The notes: generated by a model not told the origin, from the letters alone. A DNA stretch of 64,000 nucleotides from the human T2T-CHM13v2.0 reference genome, Homo sapiens (GCF_009914755.1 NC_060942.1); one strand, 5' to 3'. Positions 1 to 13,545 are shown, numbered from the stretch's first letter. A program made the numbers and translations.

Positions 1-593
1 CCCTTATAACCAAAATCTACTAGTGAAGTAATGAGGGGGAAATGTGGGGTTGGAGCCCCACCCACCCACAGAGTCTCCACCAGGGTACTGCCTAGTGAAG
101 CAGTGGGAAGGGGGCCACTTCTCTCCAAACTCTTATGATAGAGACACCAGCAGCTTGCAACCTCATCCTGGAAAAGTCACAAAGGAGGAGCTGCCCAAGG
201 CCTCGGATGCCCACCACTTGCACCAGTGAGCCCAGGATATGGGACACGGAGTGAAGGATTATTGTGGTGCTTTAAGGTTTAGTATCCGTCCTGCTGGGCT
301 TCAGTCTTGTGCTCAGCCTGTTGCCCATTACTTTTGGCCAGTTTCTCCCTTTCAGAATAGGAATGTTTACTCAATGCCTATACTACTATTATATCTGGGA
401 AGTAAATCACTTGCTTTTGGTCTCACAGGCTTATCGGGAGAAATAACTCATCTCCAGATGAGACTTTGGACTTGGGTCTTGGGACTTTTGAGCTGATGCT
501 AGAATGAGTTAAGCCTTTGGGAGACTATTGGGAAGGCATGATTATATTTTGCAATATGAGAAAGTCATGAGATTTGGGTGGCCAGGGGCAGAA
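1..593 (+). mobile_element. ERVL-MaLR internal sequence, 3' end (MST/THE1-int type), ending in the polypurine tract
   Basis: Matches recalled MaLR-int motifs 'aaatgtggggttggagcccc...cagagtctccac', 'gatgagactttggac' and 'gggaaggcatgatt'. The purine tract 'gggtggccaggggcagaa' directly precedes the LTR's TG. Truncated by the window start. Confidence 0.9.
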
Positions 594-982
594 TGATATG
601 ATTTGGATATTGATATGATTTGAAATATGATTCCTAATGTTGGACATGGGGCCTGGTAGGAGGTGTTTAGGTCATGAGGGCAGATCCTTCATGAATGGCT
701 TGGTCCCTCCCCTTGGTAATGAGTAAGTTCTCACTCTGAGTTCACAGAAGAGTTGGTTGTTCAAAAGAACCTGGCACCTTTCTCTCTCTCACCAGGTGAT
801 GTCCTGCCTTCCCTTTCACCTTCTGTCATGATTGTAAGCTACCTGAGGGCCTCACCAGAAGCAGATGACAGCAACATGCTTCCTGTACAGCCTGCAGAAC
901 TGTGAACCAAAATTAACTTCTTTTCATTGTAAATTACCCAGTCTCAGGTATTCCTTTATAGCAATGTGAAAGGACTAACACA
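594..982 (+). mobile_element. MaLR 3' LTR (MSTA/MSTB-like)
   Basis: Starts 'tgatatgatttgg' and ends 'aaattacccagtctcaggtattcctttatagcaatgtgaaaggactaacaca', giving TG...CA termini. Contains 'catgcttcctgtacagcctgcagaac', typical of MST LTRs. Confidence 0.9.
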
Positions 983-1962
983 AGCTACTATCTAGACTAT
1001 ATAAAGGACTTTCAAAACTCAACAGTCAATAACAATCTGATCAGAAAATAAGCAAATTATACAAAGAGATATTTCATCAAAGAGGATATGAAAACAAAGA
1101 AGTTCATGAAAAGAAATTTGACATCGTTTGTTCTTAGAGTCATGCAAATTAAAACCACTGTGAAATATTACTTCACACATATCAGAATTGCAAAAGTAAA
1201 AAATAATAGTAACAATGCCAAATGCTGGAGAGTACACAGAGATTCCTGTTTACTCATGCAAACTTGGTGGAAAAGCAGAATGGTACTGCCACTCTGAAAA
1301 TCCACTGGGCATTTTCTCAAAAAAAAAAATAGACGAGCAACTACCATTAGATCCAGAAATTGCAGTTGCATTCCTGGACAATTTATCCCAGAGAAATTCA
1401 GACTTATATTTATAAAAACTCATACAAAATTATTTATAGCAGCTTTATTTGTAATGGCCCAAAACAAGACACAACCCAGAGGTCCTTCAGGGATGAATGG
1501 TTAAACAACCGTGATACATCCATATTATAAAATGCATTCCAAAATGGAAAGGAATGAGCTTTTCATACACACAACAACCTGGATGAATATCCAGAGGATT
1601 ATACTGTATAAAAAAAGCCAATTACAAAAAGTTACATGCTATATGACTCCATTTATATAACATTCTTGAAATGACAAAATTATAAAAATGGAGAACAGAT
1701 GATTTGTTGCCAGGAATTAGTAGTGAGTAGATGGGAGAAAAACAGGTATAGATCTAAAAGGACAACCTAAGGGATCCTTGTGGTGATGAGAATGTTCTCT
1801 ATCTTTAATATATTGACAATATCTTGCTTGTGATATTGTACTATAGTTTTGCAAATTATTGCCATTGGAGGAAACTGAGCAGAAGGCACATGGGATATCA
1901 CTGTGTTATTTCAAACACATTCATATATTTCTAAAATGATCTCAAAATACAAAGTTTAATTG
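983..1962 (+). mobile_element. Old LINE-1 3' region (L1MC-like), apparently interrupted on its left by the MaLR
   Basis: Degenerate ORF2 C-terminus ('atgcaaattaaaaccactgtgaaatattacttcacac', 'gcagctttatttgtaatggccc'). L1MC-type 3'UTR 'agggatccttgtggtgatgagaatgttctc...tgtgatattgtactatagttttgcaa'. Confidence 0.85.
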
Positions 1963-2082
1963 AAAATACAGGATGGCCAATCAAATTTGAATATTGCGTG
2001 AGACATACTTATACTTTAAAAATTCATTGTTTATTTCAAATTCAAATTTAGCGTGTTGTCCTCTATTTTATGTGCCATCCCT
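1963..2082. mobile_element. MER53-like hAT MITE, internally deleted
   Basis: 'aaaatacaggatggccaatcaaatttgaat...gacatacttatact...ttgtttatttcaaattcaaattta...tcctctattttat' follows the recalled palindromic MER53 consensus. Confidence 0.7.
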
Positions 2083-5000
2083 GGGCAGAGGAAAATTCTT
2101 ATGCAGTTTCTGTGGCACGAAGACCATGATGTATTGAGGAGTAGAAATGCAGGCATGTTCAGTGCACACAAAAAGGAACAAGTTGTGTTTAGTTGAGCTG
2201 TTTACTATCTTTTGAACACAACCTTCATTGAGACTGAAATATGTTAGGCAGAGGTAGAGCACCTAGTCAGTACCTTTTCTATACAGGTACCTCATGGAAC
2301 AGAAGGGAGCACCTCAGCATGCTAATGCAAGAACAGCATTTCTTGCAGTAAATTATTTGTTATACAGACTTCTTGGTCCTCCTCTCTCCCTCTCTCCCTT
2401 GCTTATTCTTACTTTTGGTTTCTTTTATTGTTCTCCTAGCACTATTCTATATGCTCACAGAACTAAAAACTGAAGCAAAACTGGATTTAAAAAAATAATT
2501 TCTATTTTATTTGGGCTTTTGCATTATGAATTATTTATTACTGCCATAATATTCCAAGAGTTCTCTTCCCCCAATTGTCCATAAATACCCCTTTCAGAGC
2601 TTTAGCTTGACCCCAAGCATTCTGGAAGATGAGTCATCTGAAGTCATGCTCTCTGGTTTCTTTGCTTGGAGGTCTCCCCCTACTCAAAAATCCATTCCGC
2701 TAGTCTGGGGATTTTAGAGAGGATACACTAGAGGGGTTCTGGGCCCATGAAAACCCTACAAAACCAATAGGATTATTTGGGGTTTTTACTCTGAGAAATG
2801 GAGCAAGCTCTGCTTACCAGAGGACACGGTAAGGCACATGCTGAAGTGGAGAGGCACCCTTAATTAGCTGCTGTCTGTGATGGAGTGGCTGGAGTGTTCC
2901 TGTCCTTCCAGCAGCATGAGGCACAGAATGTCATGTAGACATCATCAAGAATGAGACCTTGGCTTATCAGTCATCTCTCCCACTCCTGAGTCTGTCCCCA
3001 GTATTGTGTGCATCAAGTATCTCTCCTATCAGTTCAGCTGGGTCTTCCCTTTGTAGAAGCAAATTTCTTTTCTCTGCATTATTGCTTGCCTAGAATTTTC
3101 ATAATAAACTTGAATCAACATGAACAATCTTCAAAGAATACAGAGTGACAATGCATTGTACCTTCTCATCCTCGAGTCACACAAATATTGTGGACTACGT
3201 GATAACCTGGACTGTACAGTGCTAGGGCGCTTTGCATTGTTTACAGAGCTGTACAAAGGAGCCACACAAAATCAAGAAGCAGGGAGGCAGTGAAAGCTGT
3301 TAACAGCTTGTCAGTAACATGGCTGTTCTGGAACATTTGTAGAAGGGTGATCAGAAGCCTTTGCCTGTAGCACGTGCCCATGAATAAACAGAGAAAGAGA
3401 ATAGAAGCATCTTCCTCTCTTACTTTGCCAAGTGGATGCAAGGAATGAATCTATCCTTATCACCTCTTTGTATGGGCCTTATGGAATGTATTCAAAACAG
3501 AATTGGAAGGACTTTACCTGTGAGTAGTAATTCTTTATCAAATTAAAACCTGTGCGTTAATTTATTACCTAGCAGGTAGGAGGCAGTGTTGGTGAAGAAC
3601 CTGGTGAAAGAAAATGAGTACATTTTCTAAAGCTTGTTGAAAAGAACCATTGCAGCACCAAAAATTGATAGTGGGATTGGCACATAAAACAGGCACTCAA
3701 TGAACCTTTATTGAGTGAACGAACCAGAAAGAAAAGTGGAAAGCTCTGAAGATAAACTTTTCCCACTTTATGATTTTGACATTAGCAGGCTTACATCAAA
3801 TCACAGACGCTGTCAGTTAAAGGCGATGCCCTATAGAATCTGTAATTACTGCCTTCCTATTGACATTTGCATTCCTCTACCCCTCTCCAGTACTGAAAGC
3901 TATGTGAAAGCACTCATTGTTTTGTATCTGGATGATTTGATAATTTCCTAGAAATATCCCTGACTTAATTTCTTCTCCTTTTTTCAAACTATCCACTCTA
4001 AAGTTGACCTTCGCAAAGCCTAGCTTCTTACTTCTCACACTGTTTTCCACAAACTTTGATGACTCCTTGTTGCCTGCAGAACATACTCCACTCTCCTTAT
4101 GATAGGCTTTATGTGGCCTGTAAGCATTTAGTCCAAATGCCTATTGCTTCTAACTCAATTTTACTAGTTGGCTCATTGTGCCCAAATTTGCTTATCCCAT
4201 CATTGTTTAAAATCCCAAACTTTCTTTAAATTTCATCTGTAACTTATCTCTCTTTTTCATTAGATCTTTCCATTCCACTTCCGACCTTGGCACCTAGAGA
4301 CACTTCCTCTTAGGACTCCTGTAGTATTTATAGTTACACTGATAATGTGGCAAATTTCATATCTTATCTTCTGTTATCATGTATCTTTCAAATTCTTAAT
4401 TATGGGGCTACAATGAGCTTGTAAGCCCCTTCTTTGTGAGCTCTGCTTTATAACTTAAAAAAATAGCAACACAGCATCATTTTATTAACTTAATAAGGAT
4501 ATCAAGACAATATCCTTTTCTTCTCTGTCATTTGTTTTTCTCATGGTTCAATGAGACATATTTCCTCTTCCAGAAACACAGTTGCAAACACATGGTCTGC
4601 TGGTGGCAGGGCCATGATTTTATCTTTGGTTGCACTGCAGGTGTTCAGCTCTCCAGATTCGCCACATCTGTTACCAACCGATAGTCAAGAATCCCATCTC
4701 TTGTAGCTGCATAAACTTTAGGCACATGGAAGGAGAGTTACCAGCTCAGAGATGCCTAAGACTCCCTGTGCCAAATCAATCTTAAGTGTTGCAATGAGCA
4801 ACAGGGCTCTTAGCAGGGGGATTTTGCTCCCAACTGAAAGTTTGACAGCAAAGGAATCCTTCATGCTTGTGCGTGCGATGTAGACTAGTGAAGCCTCAGT
4901 CGAGGCATTTATTTTCCCCTTGGAAGACCCTGCGGTTAGATTGAATTATGTAAGAGCATCTCAGTCTCCACACTGATAGGAAAGTATGCTCTTGTCTGTA

Positions 5001-5339
5001 TTTTGTAACAGAAAATAAGAAAAAAGTTGGGGAAAGTCATGTCTAAAAGCACTGGGTTTTATTTTCCCTGTTGGTTACTGTAGATTTAGACTTTTGCATT
5101 AGTTACACAATTTTTATTATGGTGCCAATGTATTTGGCATGCCAGCATATATCCCAACACAGTATATGTAAAGCTACATGGCACACACTAGAAATTAGGG
5201 AAAGGCATTTCCTTCAGTTTTTTTTTAAACCCTGTTAGTACAAATACAGAAATATCAGACACATTTTACAGAGAACTAGACTGGAAGTCCAGTTTATGTT
5301 CTAGAAACAAGCGTCTAATTCATAATCTAATTTGAACTT

Positions 5340-5460
5340 GCTGGCAGCCCATAAGAAAACTACTGCTTCCCCTAAGCCTCAGTTTCCTCAGTTTTAAAGC
5401 ACACATGATATTAACCTCCTATGCAAAAACATAGGATTGATACATGTTATCTGACAGGAG
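5340..5460 (+). mobile_element. MIR fragment
   Basis: MIR core motif 'ctaagcctcagtttcctcagttttaaa'. Boundaries approximate. Confidence 0.6.
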
Positions 5461-6689
5461 AATGGTTTATAAACTTTAGTTTGTTAATTTTATATTATAA
5501 AATATAATATAAACATAGTATGTATTTACTGCTATTATACTAAGTACTGAAGACCTAAGATAGAGATTGTCAAAGCTGAGGAGTGTTACTAAGGAAAGGC
5601 ATTTGAGAAGCAACAATGTTTAGGTAGAATTTCTGAAGACACAAATTGTTACTGCTACAGAGAGAAGGAAAGACATTATAAACTGCAATGTACATCACAG
5701 GGCTGCCATGAAAGGATATATTTTAACCTATGCTATGCTGATGAATGTTAGATATCAGAAAGATCCACAGATATTTTTATTTTAGTGTTAGGTGCTAAGG
5801 ATATGGTAATGATGAGCCAAGTATCATTTGGGCCTCAAGGAGTTTACAAAGAGAAGATTATTAAACTAGAGACAGTTGATGAAAGTTTGACTAGAGGGAT
5901 AAAAACTCAAGGATGTGCACGTTTTAGCTTCTTATTTCTCCCTGCCTCTAATCGGATATTTCTACTTCCCTTTTAACTTCACTTGGCATTTACTTGAATC
6001 GCAATTACATTTTCCTCCAGTCTTCTCTCTTGTTCCATGGGTCTCTGCAAAAGATATTACCCAGTCCATGCAAATTGTTATGGCCGATAAAGTAACACTA
6101 GCAATCTTCAGAACTTGATATCTGAAGCATAGTTTTGAGTTTTATAAAATATGCTAACAAATACTACAGCCAGACTTTGGATCATGCCAGATAATAAATT
6201 TTGGCCTTATGAAGTAAACAAGAAAATATCAATATCTGAGATAATTTGTGCCCCTGACTATAAGGAGATGCTTCCAGAACAGGATGTGCTATTGACCCCA
6301 TCTGCAAGGTCTGGTAGAGCACAAGGGCACCTCCAAAGAGGCCAGGGGGGCAACATGGTGGGCAATCTGGTGGGTTTCCCTTACGTGTCTATCACCAGGA
6401 AGCTCTATTAGACAAGGAAGGGCCCAAGACCTAAAAAGACCAACATTTCAGGTGAGTTGTCTGGACATAAGCCAGGGTCCAAGTTGGATTGTACTATTTG
6501 CCACTTTATCTTTGTCCTTTCTTACACTATTTTCTCTCCCTGCCACATCTTTGCTCATCTCCCAATCCTGCTCTGCCCATCTCCATTCATTGTCCAAGAA
6601 GCTTCTCAGAGCTTCAGCCAAACTGACTCAGTGTCTCTTTTCTGTGGCCTGATAACATCTTGCAAACAACTTTTATGTGATCTTTCTCA

Positions 6690-6815
6690 CCAGGCTGTAT
6701 CTCCCTTTTCAACATCCCTGGAATTAGCAGTGTCTAGCACACAATGTCACTCGATGTTTGAAAAATGAGGTGGATGGTTAGATGGATGGATAAGTGAATA
6801 GATGTATGTGTGAAT
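6690..6815 (+). mobile_element. L2 3' end fragment
   Basis: 'tagcagtgtctagcacacaatgtcactcgatgtttg' followed by a (TGGA/TGAA)-like tail. Confidence 0.55.
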
Positions 6816-7809
6816 GGAGATAACTCTAAAATAATGGAATTGAAAAATAAAGATGAGCATAAGGAAAAAGTAGAACTGGAATTCAAGGTTAAGCCCAATA
6901 ATCATGAAGAAGGATGGAATGATGACTTTCCAAGTGTTGTAGTAAAACTCCATAAATTTATTCTGCCCAGATTAGAATTGGTTCAAAGACAAAGCTGTGA
7001 AATGTAAGTGAGTTTTTAAGGTCAAGGAGCTGGTGAGTGTCAGAGAAGACTTCAAATCCAAGTTCATCTGAATCTACACATCCATTTATTTACCCAGTTG
7101 AGTAATTTCTCTAGGCCAGAGAAGCATAGCACATTCAAAATTATTAAAACCAAAACCTCAAACTATACACCCTTGCAATAAATAATGCCGATAATCTTCG
7201 TTTTAAAAATTTCTTTTTGAAAATATCAAATAAAAATAGTATTAAGGAGAAATAATACAGGGAAGAATTTCATACAGTTATCCTAATTTTATGAAAAATA
7301 TCCTTCTTTCAGAGTAGAACGTATTACCTGTTTTCTACCTTGGTAGAGATTAATTTCAAAACTTAGTGTGACCCTGAATTTGAAGAATCTTTATCGTCAG
7401 TCCAGACATTTTGAACCACAGAGAAATATTAAAGTAATTGTTGTTTATTGTCAACATGTTCAAAGTTATTCATAATATATAAGACTTTAATATAGGGGAA
7501 TAAAACGTAATTGTAAAGACATTCCTAAAAGCTTCTTTTCACTTCTGTATAGCAAGCTCCTTTTTACAACCAACACATACTTGCCCTTTGGCTAATGACA
7601 CTCTGTAATAACTGTATACTATTTGTTGAGAGTCTTACATCAAGTCACAAATAAATATTTTTAGCAACCCAGTGGTACATTATCTATTTTTAAAAGATGT
7701 TAATTTTGTTTATAGAACAATGTTGTGAAATTACATGTTATTAAGTTTGTTACATTTTTATAAAATTAGTTGCCAATGGCAACATATAGTAATGAACATG
7801 ACTGCTAAT

Positions 7810-7981
7810 ATTGTTGAGTGCTAACTTACTGACAGGCACTGTGGTAAACTCTTTACATGGATTACTTATTTTAATACTTACTTTAAATTTTATCCAAATG
7901 AGGGGACTGCTGCCTGGGAAGGTTAATGATTTGCTTAGGGTCAGAGAGCTGTAAGCAGCAGAGACAGAATTTGAATCCAGA
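7810..7981 (-). mobile_element. MIR
   Basis: 'ttgagtgctaacttactgacaggcactgtggtaaactctttacatggatt...aaatgaggggactg...ggttaatgatttgcttagggtcagagagctgtaagcagcagagacagaatttgaatccag'. Confidence 0.8.
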
Positions 7982-8085
7982 CCCCCTGACCCCCAGACCC
8001 CCTGACCCCCTGATATGAGTGTGACCAGCTTCACTAAACAGCAAGACGCTTTCAAAGAAGTTACAAATTCACTGTTCCTTTCTCA

Positions 8086-8108
8086 CTCTCTCTCTCTCTC
8101 TCTCTCTC
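8086..8108. repeat. (CT)n microsatellite
   Basis: Directly visible CT dinucleotide run. Confidence 0.95.
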
Positions 8109-9199
8109 GGGATAGTTCTTATTTTGTCCTTGGATGAAGACTCCTACATGTCCCGTGAACATGTTTCTGGCAACTCTTCAGTAATACAGAGTCCTGCTAT
8201 CACTTTCCAATGCAAATACAGCCTCACTTCCAATTTCAAAAGGTCCAGCCTCATGCAGAAATCAGCATGTTAGTGAACATCCTCCTCTAGCTAGGGCTAC
8301 TGCTGGGGACCAGCCTGTCATCAGAAGAGACTGTGTTTGGCTTTTCTTCTATTCTTGTTCATCTTCTCATAATTCTCTGGAAAGTATTTCTCACTCCTCT
8401 ATTCTGCAGGGTTGGAGACAGGGAAGGAATAGATACAAGAAATATACGAACATTGCTACTCGATTGTCCTGGTATCAGCTGGCTTTATATTCCCTGTGCC
8501 TGGAAGATGATTAAACTGATGCATTTTCCTGTAGAGTATTTTCTCTCTTTTTTTTTCCTCTTGCTTTTCACATTATTAGGGAATCTATCTTCTGAGCTGC
8601 CCCTGACACAATGGGTTGTATGTCTTTTCCTTGTGGTCAATTATCTTTTCTCAAACATCTAAAACCTAGTGTATTTAGATTCTCTATAAGGAAGTTTTCA
8701 TTGCCCCTCTTCATAACTCCATTTGATAGGATATCACAGAACCTGCAAACCAGTTCTCTCAGTCATGTGGCCCCATATGAGCCATGGGAAGTGTCATTCA
8801 ACGCTTCTCCCCATAACCCTGGAGATTGCAGGCCCAGCCCAAATCCCTTCCATGTCTTATCTGCCAGCTCATCTCAACCCTTACGTTCCTCTATGCGGGG
8901 CTCTCTCTGGGTGGCTGTGCTCACTTTGCATAGACTCTGGACTCCATTCCAGTCTGCCATCCCTGATGGGGCACTCCCCTCACTCTGCTGTCCAATATGT
9001 TCTTAACACTGTATTCTTTATTCTGATGTTTGCAGGCTAGGGTTGGGGACTTGGCACTTCTCTCTCCAGAAATTTTCTTTCTTCGTTCAGTTTTTTCTTC
9101 CTCATCCACTTTCTCTTAGTTTATCTCTTCCTGTGCATTTCCTTTCTGAGTAATTCAATCTTAAACCATTAATTGGGACTACCAAAGTGACCATTAATT

Positions 9200-10930
9200 G
9201 GGGAGAGGGGCTAGTATGGGGTTTCAGAGCCTTAACGGAGTGAAGAAGGCATGCACATGGCAGGAAAGCTGAATGTGAGGCGTTGCAGCTTAGATAAGGC
9301 AAGAAGATTACTCATCTATGAAGGCATCCCAGCACAAGGTTTGGGGGCCCGAGTAGAGTGAGACTGGCATTCAAACAGGAGAAACTCCTGCTGTATGGAA
9401 TCGAATCCGGAGCAGCGTGAGGAGGGTGCCCACTTGGGGGTGGCAGCTGGCATGGAGTGTCAGAGTCCACACAGTAGGAGGAGGACATCTATGCAGCACC
9501 TAGCATAGCACACCATGTTGGAATCTGAGTGAATGAGGAAGGCTTTTACATGGTGAATGGGGAGATGGTGATGCAAGGTGTGGTCAAATAAATACAACAT
9601 AAAATTCAACATAAAGAAATATAATAAGGTTAATGGGAACCAAGATTTTTATTGTTGAGGAAGTAATTAAAATTATAGAAATGGGGAAAACTTGTACAGA
9701 TCCTAATTATTAGACTTGAGAGTAATAGTACAAATTGATAGAGATCTATCCACCATTGATACACCTATTTATATAAATACATATTCATATATATAATTTT
9801 ATATGTATATACATAATGGTTTTATATATAATGGTTTTATGTAGGCTTGTATATAGGTGTAGAGATATATACATATATAAACATACATATATCTGTGTCT
9901 CTGTGTGTAAATGTGTGTTTATGTGAATTCCCCAGCTCTGTCCACTCAGGGGGCCTGATAAAAGTGATAATGCAATGATAATGATAACACCTAGTACCAA
10001 TATCTTGGCATCTAACTACTATTCTTCAAGTAAAGGAACCAGGGCTTTTTGTAGAAATGACTGATTCCAGGTCTAAGGCAGGTGAAGTATGGAAGAAACC
10101 TGGTACATCCGCCAGAAAGTAAAGATGTGATCAAAGAATGATTGAGGCATCTCAAAAAGATGGAGAAGCCAACTTGAGTGAACTTCCACTGGGACATCTG
10201 GAATAATTTGAGCATCCAAGTAAGTGATAGTAAGGGGTCACAACCTCTTAAAATAGGTATCCATGAGTTTACATGATATAAATAATCAATAAAATGTTTT
10301 CTGTGAAATTGGCTGTTAATATAGCTTCAAATAAATTCCCCTAAAATACCACTAAATTGCAAAGGGAAAATAATATCTTCATAGTGGAGAAAGTGGGAAA
10401 CACTTCAACTGGACAATGTGAATACCACAATTAATGATAGAAGTAGAAAGTGTGTTGCTACCTGATTGGATGCAGGGAAAACACAGCACTATTCTTGTTA
10501 TATTTCTGCCAATGGTGCATAACCTGTATCTAACAATGAGAGCCCCAGATATACCCTAATAGAGGACATTTTACAAAATAACTGTTCCATAGACTTCAAA
10601 AGTGTTCAGATCACAAAAGTCCTAGCAAGAGTAAGGAATTATTTCAAACACAAATAGACTAAAGAGACATGAAAAATAAATACAATATGTGATTCTGAAC
10701 TGTATCCTCTTGCTATAAAGGACATTACTAGGACAAGTGGTAAAAGCTGAATGAAGTCTGAGTATTAGAGAGTAGCATTGTACCAATGCTAATATTCTGA
10801 TTCTAATTGCTGTGCTTTTCCATGGAGCAGAATTTCCTTGTTTTAGGAAATAAGTACTTCCATATTCAGGGATCATGGAGCAACAGTGTGGCAACTCATT
10901 TGGAAATAGTTCAGGTAAATCATTCTTTGT
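9200..10930 (+). mobile_element. L1MC-type (L1MC3/4-like) long 3'UTR, left part
   Basis: Repeated 'gtgtcagagtcc/gtgaggagggtgccc' units, TA-rich spacer, 'cccagctctgtccactcagggggcct', 'aaaggaaccagggct...agaaatgactgattccagg' and 'gacaagtggtaaaagctgaatgaagtctg'. Resumes at about 11752-11820 after the nested insertions. Confidence 0.8.
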
Positions 10931-11751
10931 TAATTATAATATTTTAGTCATCCTACAGGGGTATAAAACAGATATCCCCAAACCCTGGGCCACAGCCTGG
11001 TATGGGTCCATGGCCAATGTGGAACCCAACTGTACAGCAAGAGGTGAGCGACCAGCAAGTGATTGAAGCTTCATCCATATTTGCAGGTGCTCCTTATCGC
11101 TTGCATTACCACCTGAGCTCCACCTCATGGCAGGTCATGAGCGATATTAGATTCTCATAGGAGAGCAAACCCTACTGTGAACCATGCATGCTATGGATCT
11201 AGGTTGCACTCTCCTTATGAGAATCTAATGCCCGATGATTTGTCACTGTCTCCCATTACCCACAGATGGGACCGACTAGTTGTAGAAAAAACAAGCTCAG
11301 GGCTCCTACTGATTCTACATTATCAGAAGTTGTATAATTATTACATTATATATTACAATGTAATAATAATAGTAATAAAGTGCACAATAAACGTAATGGG
11401 GTTGAATCATCCCAAAACCATCCCACTCCCATCCCACAGTCTGTGGAAAAATTGTCTTCCAGGAAACCGGCCCCTGGCACCAAAAACCTTGGGGACCTCT
11501 GGTATAGAACACTAGAACTTATTCGTCCAGCTAGCTATAATTTTGTATCCTTTAACAAGTTAATAATATATTGTATCGTTGCAAAAAACTGGAATGAGAA
11601 TATTGAATGCTCCCAACACAAATAATTGATAAATGTTTGTGATGATGGTTATACTAATTACCCCAATCTGCTCATCACATATTATATGTTTGGAAATATC
11701 CCTACGTACCTCATGAATGTGTAAAATTATTCTTCTTAAATTAAAAATACA
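10931..11751 (+). mobile_element. Short 5'-truncated, 5'-inverted L1MA (L1MA4-6-like) 3' end inserted into the L1MC
   Basis: 10931-10968 and 11502-11558 are the reverse complement of the L1MA segment 'ttgttaaaggatacaaaatta.agctag...gaataagttctagtgttctatac...gtaggatgacta'. 11559-11751 is the next segment in sense orientation ('aataatatattgtat...tattgaatgctcccaacacaaa...gatgatggttatactaattaccc') with an A-rich tail. Confidence 0.75.
10969..11501 (+). mobile_element. MER1A (hAT-Charlie), full length, with 8-bp TSD
   Basis: Termini 'cagatatcccca...' and '...ttggggacctctg'. Internal palindrome 'attagattctcataggag...ctccttatgagaatctaat'. TSD gtataaaa (10961-10968) / gtatagaa (11502-11509). Confidence 0.9.
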
Positions 11752-12735
11752 AAATAAGTTTTTGTACTATACTTGCAAATTTTCTATAAATTTGAAATTC
11801 TTTTAAAATTTAAAGAAAGTAAAACTGAACTTCATTCAGTCTCCAATCTAAGACATAGTTAAAACCTTGACAGGTGTGAGAAGTTTACAAGCCATTAAAC
11901 TGGCTGCGGTCTACATTTCCAAAAGTTTGAATTTTCATTTTGTTCTGAAATTTTACATTAGTACTTCATATCTCTGACACTAGGGCCTTGAAAGAAATTG
12001 CATATTATCATGCCTTTACACTAATAATAAATCTGAAACTTAATAAATCCAGACAGGAATGAAAATCATTAATGATTTTTAAAGGTTGTTTTAGGCCCAA
12101 TCAATTACTTGCTAGGCTAATGCCAGCAACTATGTGTTCAGCTGTGAATTAAGAGAGCAAAGTAAAGAGTGTGTACAAAATTCTGGTAATATAGCACTGA
12201 ATGACTAGATCTAACCAACAAAATGATTTCAAGATTTTACAGTATTTTTCAACTCTCTTTACTAACAGAGGCCCATTAATAATATAATTTTATTTACCTT
12301 TTACTCATTTAACTTCACTTTTCCACATACTTATGATAAGGACCACTGACAATGAGACATTATTTCTAGAAAAGTAACATTTGTTCTTTTCTAGCCATTT
12401 GTACATCAAGACCAAAGAAAAACTATTCTACTTACTTTTGGCTATTCTTGTGTTCCAGAACCTTAAATGTTGTGTTCATATGAAGAAAATATGTTTAATA
12501 CAACATAATATCTCCTCGGTGCTTTTCTCCTAAGGATAGGTCAATAATTTTTGTACTAAAATCTAAATATAATCACGCAAAACAATAGCTTTCCTACTGA
12601 CTCTTAGTATTAAATATTCCAAGTCTCAGAATAAAACTGACATCTCTCAAATCAATGATCATAGCCTCTGCCCCAAAGAATAAAAGGGAAATAATGAAAT
12701 GAAATGGGCTAAAATGATTACTAAATGATTAGTGA

Positions 12736-13055
<320 letters not shown>

Positions 13056-13545
13056 AGTAGTGACATTTTCTAAAGGAGAAAAATCATTTTACAATATCAA
13101 AAATTCGTAAATATCAAATAAGTTTGGATATTGAATGTTAGCCATTTTCATCACATTTTCAAAATCCAGAATTAAATGTGATTGTCTGTTAATGGACAGA
13201 GTATCTCCAGATGCAACTTTTCTTTTGAAGTTAATCTCAATTCCCAATTAACTACTGGATCCTTCTATTTGGATGAGGCACAGAAAACTCAAAATTGTCA
13301 TAGCTAGGGGAATATGAATTACAACCACAATTAGATAACATTAAACACCCACTAGAATGCATAATATTAAAAAAACAAAAACAAAAAGGCAACAACAAGC
13401 AAAAACAAAAAGGCAACAACAAAGACAGTGCCAAGTATTGTCATATTATTACTGGAATTTTCATACACTGCTGGTAGGGATGTTAAATGGTATAAAACTT
13501 TTCTGTTCCTAAAAGAAAAGAAAGCATAAGTCCACACAATTACTT

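Noticed and set aside
6449-6457. Consensus donor CAG|GTGAGT, and other isolated GTAAGT/GTAAGG donors (for example ~30560 on minus, ~44490 on plus)
   Set aside because: No convincing paired acceptor or coding frame. Isolated donors are frequent by chance.
8333-9109. Overlapping ORFs of 105-131 aa
   Set aside because: No recognisable domain, S/L/P-rich composition in several frames at once, and no splice structure. Consistent with chance.
9220-9540. Degenerate, roughly periodic GC-richer units that could look like a repeat-spacer array
   Set aside because: Internal repeats of the L1MC 3'UTR in mammalian DNA. No identical repeats and no cas genes, so not CRISPR.
13376-13422. 24-bp tandem duplication caaaaacaaaaaggcaacaacaag
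   Set aside because: Ordinary slippage duplication in an A-rich part of an old L1.
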